Shown: piece by piece, positions 41,328-49,862 of the stretch | Numbering within the stretch: position 1 is the stretch's first letter | Layout: the number at the start of each line of letters is the position of its first letter | The notes under the pieces: model-generated | The model's database searches: none | Told to the model about the DNA's origin: nothing | Seen by the model: the letters and a program-made list of their open reading frames with translations, nothing else | Made by a program: the position numbers and the translations under genes | Assembly: GCA_045576835.1 (NCBI GenBank) | Contig: JAZNHF010000036.1 | Coordinates: 8,138-72,137, forward strand | Reading direction: 5' to 3' | DNA length: 64,000 bases | Origin: Clostridia bacterium | Lineage (GTDB): Bacteria; Bacillota; Clostridia; Monoglobales; Monoglobaceae

Positions 41328-42779
41328 ATGAAGGGGAAGACAATGTTTGCAAAAATATTCGGCATAAATGTTTTGTCGATGCTTGTCTGTATCATAATTT
41401 TCGGTTCTACACAAATGGTACTTGTTACCAACTATCTTACAAAGCAAAACGAGGAATATTTAAGTAAAAACATAGAAACTGTTGTTAGTATGATTAACGA
41501 TAATATGCCGACAGAAATAATCGGAAATGTCGTTAATGGATTTTCCAGTGCAACGGGCAGTTACATAATGGTAATTGACAATCGCGGAAGAGCTATAATA
41601 AAAAGTAAAAATAATGACCTTGTAAATAATATGCCGATGTATATAGACAAGGCTTACACAAAGACTGTACTCTCGGGCGAGAGGAACAGTATGATTGGAA
41701 CAATGGGTAACCTATTTAGTGAAACGATGTTTACGCTTCAGATGCCCATTGTGGGAAAAGACGGAAATGTTTTCGGAGCGGTGTCCGTAAGTCGGCCGAT
41801 TCCCGAGCATCAGAAGGTTAAGTATGACCTGTTTAAGATACTATTGATGTCTATGGTAATAATTATGGCTACATCTCTTGCCCTTTCGTATTTTCTTGCA
41901 AAGAGATTTTCTGTTCCGATGAAAAATATAAGTAATTCGACCAAGGAATTCGCAAAGGGAAATTTTGCGGTCAGAGTAGACAACAAGACAGAAAACTCGA
42001 ATATATTAGAGATTGCAGAGCTTGCCCAGGCTTTTAACAATATGGTATGCGAGCTTGAAAAGGCGGAGGAGATTAAGAGTACATTTATCTCGGATGTTTC
42101 GCATGAGCTCAGAACGCCTATGACTACAATAGGCGGGTTTGTGTCTGGAATTCTTGACAAGACTATTCCGCCCGAGCGGCAGAGTGAGTATCTCAAGATT
42201 GTGCATAGCGAAATTAACAGACTTTCACGGCTTGTAAATACTTTTCTTGATATTACCCGTCTGCAATCGGATAAAATGACGATGAATAAGACTAATTTTG
42301 ATATAAATGAGCTTATAAGAATTGGAATAATCAGTCTTGAAAGCAGAATAGAGGAGAAGAAAATTGATGTCGAGGTTGAGCTTGAAGAGGAAAGCTGTTT
42401 TGCATATGCAGACAAAGACTCAATAGCTCGGGTTATAACCAATCTTCTTGATAATGCCGTAAAATTCACTAATGCTGGCGGAAAAATCACCGTTTCGGTT
42501 TCGACAAGGCAACACGAGGTAATTGTGTCTGTTAAAAATACGGGGAGAGGGATTTCAAGCGAGCAGATAGATATGATATTCAATCGCTTTTACAAAGAGG
42601 ATAAGGCAAGAAGCGAGAACAAGAACGGTACGGGAATAGGTCTTTATCTTGTTAAAAATATTCTCCTTGCACATGGCAAAGACATTGCCGTAAAAAGTAA
42701 TAAAGGAGAGTATGCAGAGTTTATATTCAGACTTGATAAGGGTAAGAATAAAAACATAAACAATACATCGCAAAATTAA
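41328..42779 (+). CDS. Membrane sensor histidine kinase
   Basis: Two TM segments plus HAMP. H-box 'SHELRTPMT', N-box 'LLDNAVKFT', G-box 'GTGIGL'. Confidence 0.9.
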   Translation: MKGKTMFAKIFGINVLSMLVCIIIFGSTQMVLVTNYLTKQNEEYLSKNIETVVSMINDNMPTEIIGNVVNGFSSATGSYIMVIDNRGRAIIKSKNNDLVNNMPMYIDKAYTKTVLSGERNSMIGTMGNLFSETMFTLQMPIVGKDGNVFGAVSVSRPIPEHQKVKYDLFKILLMSMVIIMATSLALSYFLAKRFSVPMKNISNSTKEFAKGNFAVRVDNKTENSNILEIAELAQAFNNMVCELEKAEEIKSTFISDVSHELRTPMTTIGGFVSGILDKTIPPERQSEYLKIVHSEINRLSRLVNTFLDITRLQSDKMTMNKTNFDINELIRIGIISLESRIEEKKIDVEVELEEESCFAYADKDSIARVITNLLDNAVKFTNAGGKITVSVSTRQHEVIVSVKNTGRGISSEQIDMIFNRFYKEDKARSENKNGTGIGLYLVKNILLAHGKDIAVKSNKGEYAEFIFRLDKGKNKNINNTSQN

Positions 42780-42895
42780 AACCTCTTTTACAAAATATTC
42801 ATAAATTATTAAAATTTATATTATATAATTAAAAGACAAAATAAGAATAAGAGCTTTATTTTATACAAAAAATATATAATCGGAGGATACGAGCT

Positions 42896-44287
42896 ATGAA
42901 TGAATTTGACGAAAACAAGAGTAATAATGAGTTTAATGACAACTCAAGCGATACCTTTGATTTTACAAAGGATGAGTATAAGGGTGAAGATGTATCATAT
43001 ATGGAATACAATCATGAGTATGATGTTTTCTCTGCGTTGGAAGAGGAGACAGCAGAACCTGCGGTCAGGATTGACCTTGGCGGGGGCTATGGCGAGAGCG
43101 AATTTTCCGCAAAAAAATCAAGCTTTACAGAAAAAGTCGGCAGAAAGGGAAGAGACAGGCAGAACAGACGCTTTGTTGCCGCAATAGTTGCAATTACGGT
43201 TGCAAATTTCGCTTTAGTCGGCGGTGCGTTTCTGACAGGCAAGAACTTTGGTGCTGACAGTCGGAGAATTGCATCAAAACAAGAGCTTGTCGAGAGTATG
43301 CAAGCACCCTCCTCTGAAATCGGAGTTGTAAATGTTGCGAATACTGCGAACGAAATGCCGACTACTCAAATTGCAAAAAAGGTCGGTCCTGCAGTTGTTG
43401 GTATAACAAGTACCTTTCAGGGACAGATGAGCATTTTCGGTACGACATCAACCTCAAAGGCAGAGGGGTCTGGAATTATATTGAGTGCAGACGGATATAT
43501 TGTAACTAACAACCATGTTGTAGATGGTGCCACTGCAGTTACGGTGCTTTTGAATACAGGAACAGAGTACGAGGCAAAGCTCGTCGGCAGAGACGAGCAG
43601 ACAGACCTCGCTGTAATTAAAATTGAGCCGACAGAGGAATTAACCGTTGCAACAATGGGCGATTCGAATGCTATTGAGGTTGGTGAGAGGGTTGTTGCAA
43701 TAGGTAACCCGATGGGACTTGAGTTTTTTGGCAGTGTTACCGAGGGTATAGTAAGCGGAGTAAACAGAAGTATCTTGATTGAAGGCAGAACAATGAACCT
43801 TATCCAGACGGATGCAGCAATTAATTCGGGTAACTCGGGCGGAGCTCTTATAAACACAAGAGGAGAGGTTATAGGTATAAACTCTGTTAAGGTTGCATAC
43901 TCAGGTGTAGAGAGTATGGGCTTTGCGATACCAAGCAGCGAGGCAAAAGCTATCATAGCTGACCTTCTTGAATACGGATATGTAAAGGGCAGACCCGTAA
44001 TTGGAATTGCAACAAGAGATGTAACTGATTATATGGCACAAGCATATTCGTGGCCGAAAGGCGTTCAGGTTATGGAAGTATCCAGCGAGTCGGCACGAAA
44101 CGCAGGCTTACAGCAGGGCGATATAATCACAGAGGTTGACGGACAGAAAATATCCGACAGTGAAGAGCTTAACCGGATAAAGGATAAACACAAGCCGGGC
44201 GAGGTTCTTAAGATGAAGGTTTATAAATATGCAACAGGAAGAACCGAGGAATTAGAGGTTACTCTTTCAGAGCAAATTCCGGGCTAA
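42896..44287 (+). CDS. HtrA/DegP-family serine protease (S1C) with PDZ domain and membrane anchor
   Basis: 'VTNNHVV', 'DLAVIK', 'GNSGGALIN', and a C-terminal PDZ 'GLQQGDIITEVDG'. Confidence 0.88.
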   Translation: MNEFDENKSNNEFNDNSSDTFDFTKDEYKGEDVSYMEYNHEYDVFSALEEETAEPAVRIDLGGGYGESEFSAKKSSFTEKVGRKGRDRQNRRFVAAIVAITVANFALVGGAFLTGKNFGADSRRIASKQELVESMQAPSSEIGVVNVANTANEMPTTQIAKKVGPAVVGITSTFQGQMSIFGTTSTSKAEGSGIILSADGYIVTNNHVVDGATAVTVLLNTGTEYEAKLVGRDEQTDLAVIKIEPTEELTVATMGDSNAIEVGERVVAIGNPMGLEFFGSVTEGIVSGVNRSILIEGRTMNLIQTDAAINSGNSGGALINTRGEVIGINSVKVAYSGVESMGFAIPSSEAKAIIADLLEYGYVKGRPVIGIATRDVTDYMAQAYSWPKGVQVMEVSSESARNAGLQQGDIITEVDGQKISDSEELNRIKDKHKPGEVLKMKVYKYATGRTEELEVTLSEQIPG

Positions 44288-44297
44288 AAAATGAATT

Positions 44298-44337
44298 AAA
44301 AAAGTCTGTAACTCAAACGAGTTACAGACTTTTTTTT
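44298..44337. terminator. Bidirectional terminator marking the left border of the accessory locus
   Basis: AAAAAAGTCTGTAACTC-AAAC-GAGTTACAGACTTTTTT. Overlaps the AraC-gene stop. Confidence 0.85.
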
Positions 44338-45199
44338 AATCTATTATTCGAATATATTCAGAAGGGGTAATACCCATATGCTTTTTAAACAGGCGATAGC
44401 CGTAGTTTGGGTCGGATATAGCCACATTTTCGCACGCTGTCTGAAAGTCAACGGTTGGGTTTTGCAGCATTTCGCATATCAGGGATACCTTCTGTTTGTT
44501 TATGTATTGGATAATACTGGAGCCGCATTCATTCTTAAAAACATTACATAAATAAGTAGGAGTTTTGTGCAGTTGCATGGCAATATCGGAAATGCTTATT
44601 TTTTTTCGCAAATTCTGAGAAATGTAGCTTTTAATCTGATGCTCCAACAATGAACTGGAATTTCCTCTGAATATAGATGCTTTATAACATGAACTTAATT
44701 TACGAATAATATTAAGTCCGGCTATTGCTGAATGCATTTGATTAGCTTCTCTGGATAAATTTATAGCTGATACGGCAGCGTAGAGCTCGATTTTCAAGAC
44801 ATCTGTTTCGTTAGATGGCGGTAAAATCAATGGTAAAACAAGTCCCTGATTTTCAAACTCTGTATGGGCTGTGTCTTGTGTTAATTCAAATGTATAGTCT
44901 GTTATAAATTGCATAGTGCAGTGTGAATGATAAGAGTTCCCGTTGGTAAATATCTGCAGATGCATATGTCGTGGTATTAACATAAAGCTTCCTGTAGATG
45001 CTTCGTATACCTGATTGTTATATTTTAAAAAAAGTGCGCCTTTTTTTATGTATACCAATTCAAAGCTTTTTCTTGATAAATGTGGATTTTTGGAAGCTTT
45101 AGTTGTAGGGAAAGTGGCAGTGTATCTGCCGTCTATGGAAAGATGGTGTGCAAAACCAATTTCGGGCATTTTTTCAAAATGAAGAATTCCGCTTATCAT
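44336..45199 (-). CDS. AraC-family transcriptional regulator
   Basis: Cupin-like N-terminal half plus a C-terminal double HTH ('ISDIAMQLHKTPTYLCNVFK', 'GYRLFKKHMGITPSEY'). Confidence 0.85.
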   Translation of the reverse strand: MISGILHFEKMPEIGFAHHLSIDGRYTATFPTTKASKNPHLSRKSFELVYIKKGALFLKYNNQVYEASTGSFMLIPRHMHLQIFTNGNSYHSHCTMQFITDYTFELTQDTAHTEFENQGLVLPLILPPSNETDVLKIELYAAVSAINLSREANQMHSAIAGLNIIRKLSSCYKASIFRGNSSSLLEHQIKSYISQNLRKKISISDIAMQLHKTPTYLCNVFKNECGSSIIQYINKQKVSLICEMLQNPTVDFQTACENVAISDPNYGYRLFKKHMGITPSEYIRIID

Positions 45200-45279
45200 A
45201 ATCTCACCTCAATGGAGATTATACCATATTATCATAGATTTGTCCAGTAAAATATAATATGTGTATTGAATATTTTGGT

Positions 45280-45321
45280 CTGTGCGTGATATACTGTGCA
45301 TAAGATACAAAATTGCTGTGC
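45280..45321. promoter_or_regulatory. Three direct CTGTGC(N3-5)ATA repeats in the divergent intergenic region (candidate AraC-type sites)
   Basis: CTGTGC at 45280, 45294 and 45316, each followed by an A/T-rich ...ATA. Offsets are 14 and 22 nt. Confidence 0.3.
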
Positions 45322-45579
45322 AAATATCTGAAACAGAACCAATTTTTTACTTAAGACGGGTTTTAAATTATATTTAAGAAGATTTGTGATGTGCTAGAAA
45401 ATATATACTGTTATCAGATAATTGAGAAGAGCTTCGGAATTTTACTATCAGAGTTTTAGAATGAAGTTTTTAAGATATCGAAGCCCATCTCCTGCATGAT
45501 AATAAAGATTTTCTAACAAGCCTCTGAAATTCATAAAATAAGTAAGAGAAAATATTAAATATAAAAGGAGATTTTAATT

Positions 45580-46581
45580 ATGGTACAGAAACAAGACAAA
45601 ATGTGGGCACTTTATGTTCCTCTGGCGTATTCCCTTGATGACGAAAAGAAGAGGGTACGGCCTTTTGAATAGGAGATCTGGGATCATATTTTGGATGAGG
45701 CTGAAAAGATTGGTATAAACACCATTGTACTGGAGATAAACAACGGCGTAGTTTTCCACTCTCATCCTGAGATTGCATCTCCCGATGCGTGGACACAAAC
45801 AAAGCTTAAAAAAGAAATTGCAAAGTGCAAAGCAAAGAATATGAAGGTTGTACCTATGATGAACTTTGCCTCCCCTCATGATGGTTGGCTTAGTGAGTAT
45901 CACCGCAAGCTTTGCACACATGAGTATTATAGAGTATGCAGTGATATCATAAAAGAAGCATATGAGATGTTTGAACATCCCGAATACATACATATTGCGA
46001 TGGACGAAGAGGATGCAAAGCATGTAAAGGGAGATCAGCTTGCCGTTTTCAGACAGGGCGAGCTCTATTGGCACGATCTTCGCTTTCTTGTTGACTGTGT
46101 AAAGTCAACGGGTGCAACGGTATGGATGTGGGCAGACCCGCTCTTTGACCATCCCGAGGAATATATGAAGAGATTTGACCCCGACGAGGCTCTTCTCTCG
46201 CCGTGGTACTACAACTCGTTTAACAGAGATAAATGGACACCGATTTCTTCAAGAGAGGTGTATGTTACATACTATAACGAGGGTGAGTACAAGAATATGG
46301 GTATTGAGTATGTTGAGGAGGACCCATTCCTTGTAAGAGTCAGAGAGGTTGCAATTCCGCTTCTTGAAAAAGGCTTTAAGTATGTGCCTTGTGCATCAGT
46401 TTGTAACAGATGTGACTATAACCATTCAGAGCTTGTTGAATATTTTAAAACCAACGCAACCGAGGAGCAGATTGTAGGCTACATTACGGCACCCTGGTCG
46501 CATGTTGATAAAGAGGGTGTTAAGCTCTATGACGAAACATTTGGATTTTTAAAAGAAGCAATGGATAAGTTTTATAAATAA
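45580..46581 (+). pseudogene. GH20-like (beta/alpha)8-barrel protein gene interrupted by an in-frame TAG at codon 31
   Basis: AAAAGGAG RBS precedes ATG 45580. Reading MVQKQDKMWALYVPLAYSLDDEKKRVRPFE-TAG(45670-45672)-EIWDHILDEAEKIGINTIVLEI... stays in one frame. 'IHIAMDEED' resembles the GH20 'HIGGDE' acid pair. The track ORF starts only at TTG 45691, which has no RBS. Confidence 0.6.
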
Positions 46582-46593
46582 AAGAGGCCTTTT

Positions 46594-46627
46594 CTTTGGC
46601 ACAAAAAATGCGGACAATGTGCCAAAG
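46594..46627 (+). other. Hairpin after the GH20-like gene, no T-tail
   Basis: CTTTGGCACA / TGTGCCAAAG 10-bp stem with a 14-nt loop. Confidence 0.4.
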
Positions 46628-46687
46628 CATAAATGGTTGGTTATTGATGTGAGCGGTGGGATTATATTCTCAAGGAAGCTGTAAATA

Positions 46688-46719
46688 TTATTAAATTATT
46701 AAATTATTAAATTATTTAT
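46688..46719. repeat. 8-nt tandem repeat (TTATTAAA x3 plus one degenerate copy) just upstream of the SBP RBS
   Basis: Perfect units at 46688-46695, 46696-46703 and 46704-46711. A degenerate copy TTATTTAT follows. AGGAGG begins at 46726. Confidence 0.8.
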
Positions 46720-46741
46720 TATTTTAGGAGGTAAGGTTAGT

Positions 46742-48640
46742 ATGAAAAAAACATTGGCGTTAGTACTTGCGTTGGTGCTTGCACTCTCAATTTTTGTTGG
46801 GTGTGACAAGGAAAAAACGGGTGAGGGCACAGGAGAAATCAGTGATGTAGCGGTAAATGAGCTTGCAGACACAGTAGAGGATTCGTCAGAGCTTCCTGAC
46901 TGGACAGGCAAAAAAATAGAGCTTACCAAATGGTATGCATCAGGAAGTTATTCACTTTATAGAAACAATATATCAACGAATAATGTGGTTGAGCCTGAGG
47001 TATTTCGTGTCACCGGCGTAAAGTTTTCTGAAGATTCTTACGACAATAACGGTGATACGATGGATGCAAAAATGGCAAAGATTGCTGCAACAAACGACTG
47101 GCCCGAAGTTATTCACGGCGGTCAGGGTGATGCTATTGCAAAGCTTATTGAACAGGATATGCTTTGGGATCTCACCGACCTCATTCCTAAATATATGCCT
47201 CATCTCGATGCCTTGATGAAGAAGGGCAACTTTATGAAGAGCAAAAGGGAAGACGGAAAGATTTACGAGATAGATTTACAGCCGGCGCTTGAATACGCAT
47301 ATCCTGATACACCTCAGGAAATCCTTGCGATAAGTAAGCATCCCAAAAGTGACTGTGGCGATGTTCTAATCAGAGACGATATATTGAAGATGCTCAAGCC
47401 CGAGGCATATACCCAGGCAGAGCTTGTAGAAATATTTGAAGCAAACGGCACATTTACAGAGGAAGAGGTCTTGAACGCATCATTTAGCTCCAAAGAGGAA
47501 TTCTATCAGTTTATGCGTGACATAAAGGCTCTCGGACTTAAAGCGGGCAACAGAGAGGTTTATGCAACATATGCATTGGCAGGCTCTGATAACTGGGACT
47601 TCCTGTCAGTATTTGCGGGGGCGCTCAACGGCTTTAATGCTACCGGCAGTGCTTCTTGCAACTACTTTACATATTATGATGTGGAAACAGGCAGAGTTGA
47701 GTATATGTTTGAGCAGCCCTTCTTTAAAGAGATTATGAGAGAGCTGACACAGCTTATTCAGGAGGATGTTATCTCCGAAGATTCCTTGTTAGACAGCAGA
47801 GCAACCTTTGAAGAGAAGTGTGCAAGCGGTCAGTATGCAATTCTCTATGGCGGAACGGCGCCTGATGTAAACACACTTAATAAGAATGCGGACGGCTATC
47901 AATACAGAAAGGTTATAATCAATATACCCTGGAATACGGATAAATTCCTTCCGGCGAGCAATCCGAATTCCGGCGGATACGAATATGCTTTCCTTAAAAA
48001 TGAGATAGCAGAAGAGGATTTGCCACAAATACTCCGTTTCTTTGACTTTATGCTGACCGATGTAGGACAGAAACTTCAGATGTGGGGACCCAAGAGTGCA
48101 GGCCTCTTTGAAGAGACCGAGAACGGCAGGCGTTTTACCAACAAAGAGGTAGAGGCAGAGGCGGTATACGGTGAGTCAAATGATTCACTTATCAAATACG
48201 GTCTTTCGTACAAGCCGTGGCCGGGTGTTCCGTTTACTGTAAACAGATGGGATCCGCTATATATTTATGATTTTGTTCCGACCATTTCTTTGCTTAACAA
48301 ATTCTATTCACCGGGTTTGCATAGACCGTTTGAAACAGTTCCGAGTATTGGTGCAAACTTCTATTCTTTTGCAGAAGGCGTTAAAGGTGCTGGAAAGGGC
48401 TGGAGTGCAAGAACCGCATTTGAAAATGCACTTACCAAGATTATGACGGCAAAAGATGATGCGGAATTTGAGAGTCTCTACGACAGCTTTTTGGCAATAG
48501 CAAGACAAAACAGTTATAACGAGGAAACCCTCGAGGCTATTAACATCGAATGGGTAACTAATGTCAATAAGGATAATATGGAGTATGTAAAGGAATACCT
48601 TGAGAAAAGAGGCAAAAAATTAAATATTGATGTCAAATAG
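46742..48640 (+). CDS. Large extracellular solute-binding lipoprotein (ABC family-1 SBP type)
   Basis: Signal peptide with lipobox-like 'SIFVGC'. About 630 aa, with composition and length like the large glycan-binding SBPs of Firmicutes. Confidence 0.7.
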   Translation: MKKTLALVLALVLALSIFVGCDKEKTGEGTGEISDVAVNELADTVEDSSELPDWTGKKIELTKWYASGSYSLYRNNISTNNVVEPEVFRVTGVKFSEDSYDNNGDTMDAKMAKIAATNDWPEVIHGGQGDAIAKLIEQDMLWDLTDLIPKYMPHLDALMKKGNFMKSKREDGKIYEIDLQPALEYAYPDTPQEILAISKHPKSDCGDVLIRDDILKMLKPEAYTQAELVEIFEANGTFTEEEVLNASFSSKEEFYQFMRDIKALGLKAGNREVYATYALAGSDNWDFLSVFAGALNGFNATGSASCNYFTYYDVETGRVEYMFEQPFFKEIMRELTQLIQEDVISEDSLLDSRATFEEKCASGQYAILYGGTAPDVNTLNKNADGYQYRKVIINIPWNTDKFLPASNPNSGGYEYAFLKNEIAEEDLPQILRFFDFMLTDVGQKLQMWGPKSAGLFEETENGRRFTNKEVEAEAVYGESNDSLIKYGLSYKPWPGVPFTVNRWDPLYIYDFVPTISLLNKFYSPGLHRPFETVPSIGANFYSFAEGVKGAGKGWSARTAFENALTKIMTAKDDAEFESLYDSFLAIARQNSYNEETLEAINIEWVTNVNKDNMEYVKEYLEKRGKKLNIDVK

Positions 48641-48721
48641 ACTTCATAAAAGCGAGATATAAAATAAAGTTTAAAATTTTAATCATATATGAATATTTTA
48701 GAAAATGCAAAAAAGGAGTAT

Positions 48722-49853
48722 ATGATTATGAGCGATTTTGTAAAGATTGGAGTAGTCGGACTCAACAGAGGTTTGGGAATAGCTGCTTCGTGTGACGGTG
48801 AAAAAGGGGTTATTCATGCGATTTGCGACATAAATCCGGAAAGAATCAAGAATGCAATAGAGAGACTTAAGGCAGAAAAAGCTATACACAGAAGACCTGC
48901 TCTGCTTTGATAATTATGACGATATGCTAAAGTCGGATATTGATGCGGTTATTGTCGCAACTGAGATATCTCTGCATACACCAATGGCAATTAAGGCATT
49001 AGAGGCAGGAAAGCATGTTATAAGCGAAATTCCTACGATTGGTACCTTTGAGGATGCAAGAAAACTAAAAGAAGCAGTAGCAGCACATCCTGAGCTTAAA
49101 TATATGGCAGGTGAAAATTGTTGCTTCTGGGCATTTATCAACGCGTGGAAGCACATATATGAAAAAGGATTACTCGGAAGAGCGGTGTTTGCAGAAAGTG
49201 AATATTTGCATCATCAGTATTATGACCCCAAAATTGGCGGGCATAAGCCGCGAAACTTATCGTTGAAAGACGGGAAGCCAACCTGGCGTGCAAGGCTTAA
49301 TGCAATTACATATCTGACACATAATTTAGGACCGCTTCTTTATATTTTAGACGACAAGGTTAAAAGTGTTTCGTGTTTTTCTCCTGGGTTTAAATATACC
49401 CCTGAGCATATAACCGGTGACAGAGACCAGGTTGCGATATTCAAAACGGAAAAAGGCTCTTTGATAAAAATATTTATCGGGTTTGGTGTCAATGTAGGTC
49501 AGGACCACAATTTTACCATATATGGTGAAAAGGGAACTCTCGAAACAGACAGAAATAACGATTGCTTTATTGCACATACCTTTGCGAGATTTGCTGATTT
49601 CCCACATACCGAGGGCAAGGTTGAAATTCCTGTCTCTTTGGGATATCCTGATCCTGATCGGCCCCGTCAGCCAATGGGAAGCCATGGCGGTGCAGATGCA
49701 AAAATAATAGAGGCGTTTGTTGATTGTATTTTAAACGATACGAAGCCGCCGGTAGATGTTGACGCCGGAATACATATGTCAGTTGCAGGAAAATATGCTG
49801 AACAGTCAGCAATGGAAGGTGGCGTACAGATAGAAATTCCCAGGGAATTCTAA
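48722..49853 (+). pseudogene. Gfo/Idh/MocA-family oxidoreductase split by a +1 frame change
   Basis: The N-terminal Rossmann part 'VKIGVVGLNRG...ERLKAEK' ends at TGA 48908-48910. The remainder, '(LYTEDLLCF)DNYDDMLKSDIDAVIVAT..H...A..AGKHVISE.P', continues in the +1 frame, which opens after TAG 48858-48860. Start is ATG 48722 or 48728. Confidence 0.7.
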
Positions 49854-49862
49854 TACACTGTC

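Noticed and set aside
45670-45672. Pyrrolysine or genome-wide TAG reassignment as the explanation for the in-frame TAG
   Set aside because: TAG terminates at least one ordinary gene here (rbgA, 1311-1313). No pyl genes or methylamine methyltransferases are in the window, and the host gene is a glycosidase-like protein. It cannot be fully excluded without the whole genome.
45574-46074. 166-aa minus-strand ORF across the GH20-like gene 5' region
   Set aside because: It is antisense to a frame with clear TIM-barrel-like sequence and a strong RBS. Its composition is atypical and it has no RBS.
46681-46725. AT-rich repeat considered as a CRISPR fragment or mobile-element end
   Set aside because: The units are 8 nt, contiguous and without spacers. 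There is no inverted terminal repeat partner and no transposase nearby.
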